A stretch of DNA of 64,000 nt from Squalus acanthias (Eukaryota), in the NCBI GenBank assembly GCA_030390025.1, contig CM059431.1, positions 104,844,001 through 104,908,000 on the forward strand, given 5' to 3'. Positions 50,690 to 63,882 of the stretch are shown here, one piece after another; within the stretch, counting starts at the first letter, position 1; each line of letters starts with the position of its first letter. A program made the position numbers and the translations under genes. Below the pieces are notes generated by a model. It saw nothing but the letters and a program-made list of their open reading frames with translations. It made no database searches and was not told the DNA's origin.

Positions 50690-51597
50690 ACTGCCTGAAA
50701 GGGTGGCAGAAACCCTCATCACATTTAAAAAGTACTTGGTTATGCACTTGAAGTGCTGTAACCTGCAAGGCTACGGACCAAGAGCTGGAAAGTGTGATTA
50801 GGCTGGATAGCTCTTTTTTGGCTGGTACAGACACGATGGGCCGAATGGCCTCCTTCTGTGCCGTAAATTTCTATGATTCTATGACTGCGAGAACCTGGTC
50901 ACAGGCTCCCTTGACAGAGATAAACAAGTGATGGCCTGGTCACCAATACTGGAAGGACTTGGCGACTGTTTACCAAAAGGTACAATCAACTATATTGTCC
51001 ATCAGGCTTCATTGTGTATTTTCACTTCCTTTTGCAGAGCTACAAGGACAACAGAGATTGTTCGGCATTGTTCTGGGCATCACACCTTAGGAAGGATATA
51101 TTGGACCTGGAGGGAGTGCAGCGTAGGTTTACCAGAATGATACCTGGACTTCAAGGGTTAAATTATGAGGAGAGATTACACAAAATAGGATTGTATTCCC
51201 TGGAATTTAGAAGGTTAAGGGGTGATTTGATCGAAGTTTTCAAGATATTAAGAGGAACAGATAGGGTCGATAGAGAGAAACTATTTCCGCTGGTTGGGGA
51301 TTCTAGGACTAGGGGGCATAGTCTGAAAATTAGAGCCAGACCTTTCAGGAGTGAAATTAGGAAACACTTCGACACACAAAGGGTGGTAGAAGTTTGGAAC
51401 TCTCTTCTGCAAACGGCAATTGATGCTCGATCAATTGTTAATTTTAAATCTGAGATTGATAGATTGTTGTTAACCATAGGTATTAAAGGATATGGGATAA
51501 AGGCGGGTAGATGGAGTTAGGTCGCAGATCAGCCATGATCACATTGAATGGCAGAACAGGCTCAAGGAGCTGAATGGCCTCCTCCTGTTCCTATGTT
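50690..51597 (+). mobile_element. CR1 3' fragments (about 50690-50885 and 51070-51597)
   Basis: ORF 51014-51520 encodes the CR1 C-terminus. Tails ttctatgattctatg. Confidence 0.85.
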
Positions 51598-51894
51598 CAT
51601 ATGCAGTAACCAATTAAGAGCGGCCACAACATTGACATAGCCACAACCCCCCTACAAATATATCGGCTGTGAAAATCCATTGGACTATCTATACCCAGAG
51701 AAGACACTTCCGCCCAACCATCCTCTTCAGTGCTGACCCTGACATAAGTCACATGATCAGCTTATTTACCTACTCACTGGCATTGACTGAGCGCAACGCC
51801 CGTGTAACCTGGCAACAATGGGTTGGGGGGTGGGGGAATTGGAAATTACAGGTATAGGCCTTTTAAAAGCCCAGAATGAGTGTGTTGCACAGTA

Positions 51895-53900
51895 TTTCCA
51901 GCACAGGAACAGGCCATTTGGCCCAACTAGTCTGTGTTGCCGGCGGTTATCCACCACACGGGCCTCCTCCCAGCCTACTTCATCTCACCCAATCAGCATA
52001 TCCTTCTATTCGTTTCTCCCTCATGTACTTATCTAGCTTCCCCTTACATGTGTCTACGCTATTCGCCTCAACCACTCCCTGTGGTAGCGAGTTCCACATT
52101 CCCACCACTCTCTGAGTAAGGAAATTTCTCCTGAATTCCTTATTGGATTTATTAGTGACGAGTGTGGGAGAAGGCTGTGAGAAGCAGCAGATACGTAGCA
52201 ACATTTTGCCGGCTCAAGGGGCCATATGGTCTACTCCTGCTGCTATTTCTTATGTTCTTAGGTGCTTATTAATACAAGGCCACACAGGAGTCCCTGCACC
52301 AAGATCCTACCCTGTGTAACTCTGCTGCAGCAGTAGCTCACTGCAAGTACATGGTTGTAAGAAAAATGTCAAAGCATGGAGCTCAATAACTGAATTGCCG
52401 AGATCATGTTGATACTGAGTGAACATAAGGACATAAGAAATAGGAGCAGGAGTAGACCATATGCCCTGCCTGCCATTCAATAAAATCATGGCTGATGTCC
52501 TACCTCAACTCCACCTTCCTGCACGATCCCCCTATCCCTTGATTCCCTTAGTATCCATAAATCTATCGATCTCGGCCTTGAATATACTCAGCAACTGAGC
52601 ATCCACAGCCCTCTGGGGTAGAGAATCCCAAAGATTCACCACCCTCTGAGTGAAGAAATTCCTCCTCAACTCATTTCTTAAATGGCCGACCCACTTATCC
52701 TGAGACTGTGACCCCCAGTTCTAGACTCTCCAGCCAGGGGAAACAGCTTCTCAGCATTTACCCTGTCAAGCCCTCTAAGAATTTTACATGTTTCAATGAG
52801 ATCACCTCTATTTCTTCGACACTCCAGAGAATATAGGCCCATTCTACTCAATCTCTCCTCATAGGACAGCCTTCTCATCCCAGGAATCAATTTAATGAAC
52901 CTTTGTTGCGCTCCCTCTAAGGCAAGTATATCCTTCCTTATGTAAGGAGACATAAACTGTACACAGTACTCCAGGTGTGGTCTCACCAAAGCCCTATATA
53001 ATTGCAGCAAGACTTCCTTACTCTTATACTCCAATCCCCTTGCAATAAAGGCTAATATACCATTTGCCTTCCTAATTGCTTGCTGTAACTGCATGCTAAC
53101 TTTGTGATTGGTATACAAGGACACCCAAATCCCTCTGAATACCAACATTTACTAGTCTCTCAACTTTTAAAAAATATTCTGCTTTTCCATTCTTCCTACC
53201 AAAGTGGATAATTTCACACTTCCCCACATTATACTCCATCTGTCACCTTCTTACCCACTCACATAGCCTGTCTATATCCCTTTGCAGCCTCTTTATGTCC
53301 TTCTCACAACTTACTTTCCCACCTAGCTTTGTATCATTAGCAAACTTGGATATATTACACTCAGTTCCCTCATCTAAGTCATTAATATAGATTGTAAATA
53401 GCTGAGGCCCAAGCAGTGATCCTTGCGACACTCCACTAGTTGTACCCTGCCATCCCAAAAATGTCTTGTTTATTCCTATTCTCTGTTTTCTCAGTTAACC
53501 AATCCTCAATCCATGCTAATATATTACCCCCTATCCCATGAGCCTTAATCTTGTGTAACAACCTCTTGCATGGACCTTATCGAATGCCTTTTGAAAATCT
53601 AAATATACTACATTCACTTGTCCCCTCTTATATAAACTGTTTGTTACACCCTCAAAAAACACTGATAGATTTGTCAAACATGATTTCCCTTTCATAAAAC
53701 TGTGTTGACTCTGCTCAGTCACATTGTGATTGTCCAAGTGCCCTGTTACCACATCCTTAATAATAGATTCTAGCATTTTCCCTACTATTGACATCAGGCT
53801 AACTGGTCCATAGTTCCCCGTTTTCTCTCTCCCTCCTTTCTTGAACAGTGGAGTTACTTTTGCTTCCTTCCAATCCACAGGGACCATTCTAGAATCTAGG
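51895..53900 (-). mobile_element. CR1 fragments (about 51895-52160 and 52420-53900, the latter with the RT core)
   Basis: YLDFQKAFDKV, SGVSQGSLLGPQLF, FANDTKL motifs. Confidence 0.9.
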
Positions 53901-53991
53901 ATAAGAGTGGAGGTGGAAACAAAAGCCATCAAGCAGTAGTTACACACATCCCAAACTAAAGTGCCAGCTGTGGCTCAGTGTGTAGCACTCT

Positions 53992-56634
53992 CTAGGTAGG
54001 AGGAGCTAAGAATGAGCAGGTGCTGCTGGGTGCTTGATTACTGCAGGGAGTTGGAGTGAGTTTGTAAAAAGTTGGTGGTGGTTTTTTCCCCCCCAGGTTT
54101 TAGGGCCTTTTTGGTCTTTTAACAGCAGCCAGATGGCTGCTGAGGGGCACGGAGTGCCGGGCCCCTCAGAGGACAATGTTCCCAGGATGAATTTAATCAG
54201 GGGAGAAAATGTTGGGGAGAGGGAGAATAAAAGGCACAAAGTTTTGGGCCGGGACACCAGGAGGTTTGCAAAAGAAAACACGGTGGTGGTTCAGTGCGAG
54301 GATAAGGAGATGCAAGGTTGGGATATTATCCAGGCGGTACATGAGGACTGCGGCGAGGGAAGCTGCTTTGCCTGCCAACCAAAGCCGAATGTTGGGTTTG
54401 AGGTGACTGTCAGTGGCTGAGAGGAAGTGGAAAGACTTTTACTGAGTGTGAAGGTTGGAGATAAGTTCTTAGAGCTATCTCTGCTATATTCTGAAGAAGT
54501 GGTGATCTCATTCTTAAACCTACCAGTTTATATTGAGGACGATGTGCTAATCAAAATGTTGGAGTCATGGGACATTAAAATTTGCTTGGCAATAAAGAAG
54601 AAATACTATCCAGGAACACGGGTAGTAGATGGAACCTGTTGTGTAACGGTGTGGTTCCCAGAGGGGGTGAAGTCATTACTGTACAGCATGAAATTTGAGA
54701 CAATGGAAGGAGTGCAGTACTTCCGGGTACTGCATGATAACCAAGTGAAGGTTTGTTATTATTGTCTTGGAGACGACCATCTTGTAAGAAGCTGTCCAGA
54801 CTTGTACTGTTATAACAGCAGCGAGTCTGGACACATCGCTCAGAGCTGTAAGGTGGAGAGCTGTGGGGTGTATCACAAAGGCCCCACATGCTGTGGGTAT
54901 GAGGCAGAAGGAAGCTCCTGGAGTGACGAGGAGATGGGAGAAGGAGTAGGAGGTGCGAGTGGAATGGCTAGAGAAGCGGAGCAGGTGGAGGACACAGCTG
55001 GTGAATGGAAGGAGGAAAGAGCGCAGGAAGAGACGGAAAATTGCGGAGCAGAGAACAGGATGGAGATGGTGGAAAACACATCAAGTACGGTGGAAAAGGA
55101 CAAAGACAGCAGCGGGCAGCACGGGTCGAAGGCAGAGTTGAGCCATAATACGCTCGGTTCTCCCTAAAGAATCTGGTGTCCATGAGGGGAGAGGAGGCGG
55201 GAGCGGGGTGCAGGGTAAGTGTAAGTACTCAAAAGAAAGATGGGGAGTCGGACATCTCGGGGAACAGGAGGGGGCAAGACAAGGAGAGGGTGCAAGAGGC
55301 AGGAGCCTTAAAAGGGCAACAGGACGGAAGCGGGGAGACAAAGATGCCAGAAGGGAGCAAGATAGGTACAGATCCACCACTGACCCAGAGAGAGAAGAAA
55401 CGGGGAGCAAGGGTGAGCGGTGGAGATCAAGCCGAAGGGAGTGGCACTATTGGAGAAACCGTGATAGCAGGAAGACTCTCTAAGGGAGATTATGGGCTGG
55501 ATTTTGATACTGGGGCGGGTTGGGGTCATGTCATCCACTTTTCGTGTTATCCACCCGACTGCAATTGGATGTGGGAGATTGATGCGATTTTCACCTAATT
55601 GGGCAATTGAGTTCCAGCATGTGGGAACCCATGACCCAATTAGTATTTTCAGTCTGAAAGTCGCCTCTGATGATGTCATCATTGCTGCTGTATTGAAGGT
55701 CTGCAAAGACTGCCTGGCCTTTGCTGTGAGAGGACCTGGATGCAAAATGAGCAGCAGCAGCCTGCTCCCAGATATTTTTGCACCACCACTCCCAGATATG
55801 TCATCCATCCAGCCGTGCTCCCGCCAGGTTTCACATTCGTGGTTCAGAACAGGCGTGCTTCATGTAGAATAGGGGTTAAAATCACAAAGGCCTTTCAAAA
55901 TGGCATTATAGAGGCAATTTAGTGCTTGTTAAGGGCCTTAACAGCCTATCCCGCCTCCTACAGGTGGGACGGAGGCGGGACCAGCAGACACGATTTAATG
56001 AAAATTGCGTGGAGGCGGGATGGAGGTGGGCTTGTGCCCGCCCGCCAGTTTTCGCAATTTTAACCCACCACACGCCTCCAAACCCACCTCCATGGGTCAA
56101 TGAAAATCCAGCCCTATGTATCTGCCGGGGAGCAGGGAGGAGAGGTTACACAAGAGCTTGAGAGTGAGGAGTCAGAGGGGGACAGAGACATGGAAGTGGG
56201 GGATGGGGTGGCATCGTGTGGAAAGGGAAAGGTTAGTGAGGGGCAGCTCCTCGGCCCAAAGCTAATGTAAGGAAGAGGCTAAAACTGCAGGGAAGGTTCA
56301 AACAGGAGGTGAAAAAGAGCCGGAGGCTGCAGGAGAAAGCAACAGCTGCCCGAAAAGTTGGGAAGGAGCAGGAGAGGAGGGAAGGGTGGAAATTAAATGA
56401 TGGAGGGATTATCAGGCACACTTCCCTTATTCGGAGCCATGATTACTGATCAATTTTTAAAGTACAATAGATTAGTATATGTTATGGGAGACAAATTAAA
56501 CTTCAGGTTTTGATGTTAATATGTGGTGGAGGAATGGCTGTGCAGAGCGGCGGAATGGATTTGTATGATACAATGGAATGATCATGCTGTTGTAAATGTT
56601 TTTAATGTTCAATAAATAATATATATATAAATAA
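53992..56634 (+). mobile_element. Tx1/L1-clade non-LTR element retaining ORF1 only
   Basis: ORF1 from ATG 54133 with VISFLNLPVYIEDD, RVLHDNQVKVCYYCLGDDHLVRSC and a second knuckle. No endonuclease or RT. AATAAA/TA-rich tail. Splits a Deu-SINE. Confidence 0.8.
55494..56114. mobile_element. Harbinger-type MITE nested in the Tx1 element
   Basis: Perfect TIRs GGGCTGGATTTT / AAAATCCAGCCC. TSD TAT. Confidence 0.9.
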
Positions 56635-57470
56635 AGTTGGTAGCACACTTGCCTTCTGAGTCAGAATGGTTGTGGGTTCAAGTCCCACTCCAGAGACTTG
56701 AGAACAAAAATCTAGGCTGACACTCCAGCGCAGTACTGAGGGAGTGCTGCACTGTCGGAGGTGCCATCTTTTGGATGAGATGTTAAGCCGAGGTTCTGTC
56801 TACTCCCATGGCGCTATTTTGAAGAAAAGCCGGAGAGTTATCCCTGGTGTCCTGGCCAAGATTTACCCCTCAATCTACGTCACTAAAACAGATTATCTGG
56901 TCATTATCACATTGCTGTTTGTGGGAGCTTGATGTGTGCAAACTGGCTGCCACATTTCCTACATTACAACGGTGACTACCCCTCAATAAAGTACTTAATT
57001 TGATATAAAGCGCTTTGGGACATCCGGTGGTCGTGAAAGGCGCTATATTGAGGAACAGCACCTCATCTTTCGATTAGGCACTTTACAGCCTTCTGGACTC
57101 AACATTGAGTTCAACAATTTCAGACTATAACCTCTGCCCCTATTTTTTCAGGCGGCAGCTGTTGATGATTCTGCCATCCCCATTTGCAAATTTAATCTCG
57201 CCTGCCTTCCACTCTGTCACAGACCATCCCTTTTGTTCTTTCCTCCCCTCCTCCCTTTCCCTGCCTCTGCACTTGGTTAAAACCTGTTACATCTCTAACT
57301 TTTTCCAGTTCTGACGAAGGGCCACAGACCTGAAACATTAACTCTGTACCTCTCTCCACAGATGCTGTCTGACCTGCTGAGTGTTTCCAGCATTTTCTGT
57401 TGTTATTTCAGATTTCCAGCATCCGCAGTATTTTGCTATTGTGCTATATAAATGCAAGTCTTTCTTTCTT
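56635..57470 (+). mobile_element. Deu-SINE body (its head lies at 53962-53991; its tail is split by a PLE)
   Basis: SINE consensus continues across both insertions. Confidence 0.88.
57049..57442 (+). mobile_element. Penelope-like 3' fragment with hammerhead at 57307-57343
   Basis: Homologous to 4972-5410. AGTT-CTGACGA-A-GGGCC-aca-GACCT-GAAACATT-AACT. TSD GCTATAT. Confidence 0.88.
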
Positions 57471-59498
57471 TAAGGACACTGGTGTTCCCTCCTCACATTC
57501 TAACCGATTCTAGCTGTGCTGGAAATGTATAGATTCTTCATATTTGATCAAATATATTATTTGCAGAGAATCCTAAGAAGCTTTGAATTTGTGTACAAAA
57601 CACGCTTAATTGCATTGTTAAAGCTTGCTCGAGTTAAACATAGTGAAATTGAAAGAACATTTCCTTGCGATGATTTCCCAGAATGTGTAGGTTTGGAGAA
57701 CTGCAGCAACCCTTTCTTTGCAGTTACTGATGAGATCACACACTGAATACTGCTTTAGAAATCTCACCAATAATTTAGTAGTTTTTAACCTGTGGAAGGT
57801 ATTGCTTCCTCGTTGAGCATAATATTGCACATTCCAGCCTGATATCATGCAGTAGAGTTAACTGCAATGCAAAACTTTCATAGTCCTAGTTTACAGAAAT
57901 AAGAGCTGTTCTTGATGCAATTAAGTTATTTTCAATTTATGAGCATAAAATTAATTTCCATAAGAACTGAAAAGAAATGTCAACGCTAATCAACATGATC
58001 TGCCAAAACAAATTGTATGCACTGATCATTTTAAAGGTCTGATGTAGGTATTTTTTTCCAAATTTTAAATATCATTTGAATGCCTTATTTGTTAACCATT
58101 TTCCCCCCTCTTTTAAGTCTTCTAACTGCCACATGTTATTTCTCAGCCTAGACATCCTCCTCTTACACATGATAACTTCTTCTCCTGTCTTCCTCCGCTC
58201 ACCCCATGGACAGAAATGTAGCCTACCCAGATGCCCAAAATAAGGAGCACAATTCAAGGTTAGTCCTTAACCCATGACACTTCCAATGACCCAACCAAAC
58301 ATGGTTGTGTTTTTTTCCCCCTTTTTTTTAATGCATGATTGCGTCTTGTTTGCAACCATGGGTGACTTTCAATGGGACTTCAATCTTTTCTTAAATGTAA
58401 TTCAGATCCTATTGCCACAGAAAATTCCTGCCATATCTTAAAGGAAATGCTACCCACCATCAGGAAACGTTAACAGTAGCCGGCAACACATTAGGTGGGT
58501 TTATCGATATTGGAGGATGACTTATTGCAGAAAGTGACTGTACTGTTTATTCACACATTATGAGAACTGCTCACTTGTATCAGCAGACCCATTCTTATTA
58601 AAGGTCCTGCTAGATTGGAAGATTTGGAAAATTGGGAACTGAAATCTATGATAAAGGTAATGATCTTTGAAAATTTACTCTAATGAGCAATTTGTGGCTC
58701 AGTGGATTTAAGGAGATTATTAGTTTTTTGAGATGGATTTTATCTGCTGAGAATTTAATGAAAATCATTAGTGCTGTGGAGAATGTACCAGTAGGTTTGG
58801 AATTCACAGAGGTGCTCTTTGAACTTCAATTTCCCACACAAATTATATGACTAATTTAATGTAATATGAAGAATATCTCATAAGTAAGCTTATCGTAATA
58901 GACACAAGGTTTTTGTACACTTAAAATAACATAAACACAGTGATAAAAAGGATATAACTGTGCCTTTATGGCAAAAAAAAAGCCATTTAGGCCTCAGAGT
59001 ATCTTGTGAATCTGTATATCTAATTCATTGTTAATGGCCGTTTCTGGGCACGTTTTGGCAAGACTAAAGCAAGAGTAGATGGGAATATGTCATTGTTTTT
59101 TCAGAGCAAAAATATAACAATATTATTTTTTTCATCAAGCAATTTACCACTTGATTAGCTGCTTGGAAAATATTCCTGCTAATTACAAGTACACAAACAA
59201 ATCTTTGAACACGTAACCTGGAGATTACCGTCACGCCACAGACACGTTCTGTTCCAAATTCCCCTCTCTGCCTCTTTAACGGAAGGATTAAGCCAGTCAA
59301 AATATAGGGTCAACAGCTGCCTTGAAATAGCAGGGAGAGGAGTTTGACGCCCATGTGTGGAGTGCTTCAGAAGATCACCTCTCTCACAGTAATTCCCAGG
59401 CTGGAGTGCCCCAAGGACAGAGTGGGACTCTTTCCTGTAATGCAAACTGATCTGCCCAATATTTCAAATTTTACTACAGGTTGATTTTTAATAAACTG

Positions 59499-59950
59499 TG
59501 TCAGCCCTGGCTAAGTGCGTAGCTCTCTTGCCTCTGTGTCAGAAGGTCATGGGTTCAAGTCCCACTCAAGAGACCCGAGCACAAAAATCTAGGCTGGCAC
59601 TCCCAGTGAGGTACTGAGGGAGGAGGGGTGTACTATCGGAGGTGGCGTCTTTCAGATGAGTTGTTAAAACCGAGGCCCCCGTCTGCTCTCTCAGGTGGAC
59701 GTTAAAGAGCACTATTTTGAAGAAGAGCAAGGGAATTCTCTCCAGTGTCCTGGCCAATATTTATCATTCAACCAACATCACTAAAACAAATTATCTGCTC
59801 AGTATCACATTGCTGTTTGTGGGAGCTTGCTGTGTGCCAATTGGCTACCGCGTTTCCTACATTACAACAGTGACTACACTTCATTGGCTGTAAAGCGCTT
59901 TGTGATGTACTGAGGTCATGAAAGGCGCGATAGAAATGAAAGTCTTTCTT
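59499..59950 (+). mobile_element. Deu-domain SINE
   Basis: Full-length match to the other copies. Confidence 0.88.
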
Positions 59951-60261
59951 GTGAATCCTGGCAATCTGAAATAAAAGCAGAAAATACTGAAAAAGCACAG
60001 CAGATGCTTTTTGAAAAAGAGAGATGGTTAATTTTTATGGGGTCACACTTCATCAAAACCTCTTTACTCTTTTCAGACATTACGATTCAAGAAAGAATTA
60101 ATTGGATCTGCTCAACCTCTGGAGGTCACACTACTGACTGGGTGCTCTGTATACTATGTTTACATTTAAACGCTTGTTCTATTTGTTTGAGCGTTATGGG
60201 ATAGAATTGTTTTGTGTGTTAGAACATGTCCATGTTCTAAATAAACATTAAAGTGTAGTCC

Positions 60262-60580
60262 TTCTCCAGCCCTACAACCCTCCGAGATCTCTGCCTTCCT
60301 CCAATTCTGCCCTCTTGACCATCCCTGATTTTCACCGCTCCACCATTGGCGGCCGTGCCTTCAGCTGCCTAATCCTAAGCTCTGGAATTCCCTCCCTAAA
60401 CCTCTGTGCCTCTCTGCATCTTTCTCCTCCTTTAAGATGCTCCTTAAAAGCTTTTTGAACAAGCTTTTGGTCACTTGTTCTAATATCTCCTTATGTGGCT
60501 CGGTGTTAAATTTTGCCTGTGACGCACCTTGGGATGTTTCACTACGTTAAAGGCGCTATATAAATGTAAGTTGTTGTTGT
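60262..60580 (+). mobile_element. L2 LINE 3' end
   Basis: Tail aaaggcgctatataaatgtaag(ttg)n. Confidence 0.85.
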
Positions 60581-61104
60581 AGTCATTTTTAGGGTTGGCA
60601 TGAATAGAGTAATTTCTAACCTTAGCCCATGCCCCTGGGAGTAAGTAGGTGTGACACACATTAACATGTTGGCACTGCCTCAACCATGTTTTTGCGTTTT
60701 GGGGGCGTGTTAAGGAGCAATTGATTTTACCATGAATTCCGAAGGATTGACTGTTAATGAAAATGGCTGTAAATGTGGCTTGCGTGACAAAAGTAGAATT
60801 TTCATAGTGAGGGTATAAATGCATATGTCAATGAACACTTACAAATCCTTGTCCTTTTTACCCTCTCCCAGGTGGAACCCCTTTCAAGTTATACACACGT
60901 TTTCTGTTACCTGATCCTGAATGAAATATCCTACATTTATCCATATGAAAATCCCCCCGCTCAACAAATTAATTGGTTAGAGTCTCTCTGAAGAGAATCA
61001 ATCTCCTTTTTACTCATTACCCAGCCAGATTGCTTTGTGTCATCTTTATTTAACAACACTTGCTAGACACCCTGTTCCATGTTACTTATAAATATAATGC
61101 ATCA

Positions 61105-61275
61105 TAGCTGCCTTGAAGGGGAAGCTAGATAAGCACATGAGGGAGAAAGGAATAGAAGGACATGCTGATAGAGTGAGATGAAGTAGGGGTGAGAGGAGGC
61201 TGGTGTGGAGCATAAACACCGGCACGGACCAGTTGGGCCGAATGGCCTGTTTCTGTGCTGTAGATTCTATGTAAT
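61105..61275 (+). mobile_element. CR1 3' tail
   Basis: gggccgaatggcctgtttctgtgctgtagattctatg. Confidence 0.8.
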
Positions 61276-61677
61276 ATTGTGACTGGCAAAGCTCCTAGAG
61301 CAGATCCCTGCAGAACTCAATTGATTACTTTTTCCCCAACAAAGCATTTTCTATTAATCAAAACCTTTTGTGTCATTGAGACAATTTTTAATCTTTCTAA
61401 ACAATTTCTCATTTATTTCATGAGCTGTGACCTTTCCTGCTAGTCTCACATGGGAAATTTTGCGAAAGGCTTTTTAAAATATGAGTAAATGACATCTATT
61501 GGATTACCCTCATCAATAACTTAGTTACTTCCTCAAATACATCCAATAGATTGAGATCCAATCTGGGCAGACGTACTATTAATAGCGCACAGCACAATTT
61601 CACTCCACTCAATGGCTAATTCATATCTACATTATATTAGCATTGCTACATGTCATGCCCTCACTGTGCAGATAGGT

Positions 61678-63750
61678 ACATAAGAACATAAAAAATTGGA
61701 GCAGGAGTCGGCCATTCGGCCCTTTGAGCCTGCTCCGCCATTCAATGAGATCATGGCTGATCTTCTGCCTCAACTCCATTCATCGGCCCTTTCGCCTGTA
61801 GGCTTTGCAAAATCCCCCAGAAACTTGAATAGAACCCTAAAGGGGGTGAGTTTTGGATCTTAACACAAATTTGGAATGATGGGACCTAAATGAAGGAATT
61901 TGAGGTCAAAACCTCAGTTTTGGACTTTAAGGATCAGGGGAAGAAAACCCTGAGGAAAAAGACTTTGGATAAGACTCCTTTTTAAAAAAGGGCCATTGGG
62001 TAAACCTGCAGTCACAGAAACACAGGCTGCGGGAAGGGGTGTGGTGAGGCAGTGGACAGCTTGTGGGTATTGGGACCGAGCCAAGCTGTCTGGGAAATGT
62101 TTGCACTGCAATCCAACCAAGGAGGAAGAGCCTCACCCAAAACCTCACAAACACATCCAAAAAAATGAATAAACCAAGACCCTTTTGAAATCCCTGGGTC
62201 CAAACAGAATTCCTAACAATAAAACGTCCAGCATACAGCCTCACAGCCCATCATCCCATCATCCCATCAAAAAACAATTAGCCAAGAAGATCGACAGGAT
62301 GCAAACCATCCCAAAAAAAAAAACCATTTGACACTTACAGAACCCATTAAAGACATGCATAAAGATAGGAGTCCTAGACCCAGTCAAGAAACCCAAAACA
62401 TGAGGACAATTCAAACTCCGATTAAACAACAGATCGACAGGATGGAGCTATCCGGAAACCACTTCACACATTTACAAAATCAGTTAACACGCTAGTAAAG
62501 TCGTTACTGTTAACAAGGTCTTACAATGACCGGGATTTGATTTGGGGTAGATAAGGCCACTTCAATTTAGTATAATTGAAGGCCCATCAAACAGTAAAAA
62601 CAGTTCAAGTTCAACAGAAAGCAGTTCTGCAGTTCAATCGAAAAGCCTGTTTTCAGCAGAAGTCAGGGCTGGAGTTACAGAGTTCAGGAGAAGCAAGGAA
62701 GAAGCAGCAAGGAGTTCCACAGTTCTGCAAGAAGGCAGTTCCACAGCTCAGAAGAAGACAGTTTAAACAGAGGCAGAGTTCAACAGAAAGAAGTACAACA
62801 AAGAAGGCCAGCAGTTCAAGAGACCAGAGCGACCGCCTCAGTGACCATCGGACACCTCGCGGCAACAAGGGCCTTACGAAACTTTTTACTCAAAAGACTC
62901 TAAACCCTAACTCTCAACTGTCAAGAACTGTCATTTGGTGAGCATTATCCCTGATCTTCTGGAATCAACCCTAGCTAGGCAGTGGGATTTGGGAGGGATA
63001 AGGGTTTTTGTATATTGTATTTCTCCCTCACCTGTACCGTGTGTTCCCCAACCTGTGTTTAAGCATTAAGTGTGTTTTAAGTTTGTTTTCTTTTTCTTTA
63101 ATAAAAGTCAAAGCTCTTTCATCAAAACCTGTTGTCTACTGCATCTTTGTTCACAACCCCCAAATAAGTCCAAGGTCTAGAACCAGGGATGTGGGAGCGA
63201 TTCAAACCGCTCACTGAGTCAGAGGTGAACCTGACCCCCACACACCACCCCCTACACGCCATATCCCTTGATGCCCTTACTAGTCAGAAATCTATCGACT
63301 TCTGTTTTGAATATACCCAATGACTGAGCCTCCACAGCCCTCTGGGGTAGAGAATTCCAAAGATTCACCACCCTCTGTGTGAAGAAATTTCTTCTCATCT
63401 CAGTCCTGAATGGCCTACCCTTTATCCTGAGGCTGTGGCCCCTGGTTCTAGACTTCCCAGCCAGTGGAAATATTCTCCCAGCCCTGTATCAAGCCCTGTA
63501 ATAATGTTGTATGCTTCAATGAGATCCCCTCTCATTCTTCTGAATTTAAGAGAATACAAGCCTAGTTTACACAATCTCTTCTCATACGACAGTCCCATCA
63601 TCCCAAGAATCAATCTCGTGAACCTTCGTTGCACTACCTCTATGGCAAGTATATCCTTCCTTAGGTAAGGAGACCAAAATTGTACAAAGTACTCCAGGTG
63701 TGGTCTTACCAAGGCCCTATATAATTGAAGTAAGACTTCTTTACTCCTTA
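61678..63750 (-). mobile_element. CR1 3' fragment, interrupted by a solo LTR
   Basis: ORF 63422-63811 carries CR1 motifs. Tail acataagaacata at 61678. Confidence 0.85.
61797..63256 (+). mobile_element. Solo LTR, family A, copy 3
   Basis: TGT...ACA ends, TSD CGCC, TATAAT at 62571, AATAAA at 63100. Confidence 0.9.
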
Positions 63751-63882
63751 TGGAGCTCACCCATGTTAAAATCACAGAATCATAGATTTGTACAGCACAG
63801 AAGGAGGCCATTCGGGTGCATCATGCCTGTGCCAACTTTTTGAAAGAACTACCCAATCAGCCCCACTCCGCTGCTCCCAGTT

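Noticed and set aside
54427..55167. Host ZCCHC3-like gene
   Set aside because: Interrupted by stops and a MITE, has a retroposon tail and splits a SINE; better explained as Tx1 ORF1.
60078..60125. 48-nt exon candidate (TLRFKKELIGSAQPLE)
   Set aside because: Good acceptor but weak donor (gtcaca), and no recognisable homology.
62576..62941. 121-aa ORF inside LTR copy 3
   Set aside because: No ATG start, built from CAGTT-rich repeats, and the frame is not preserved in copy 1.
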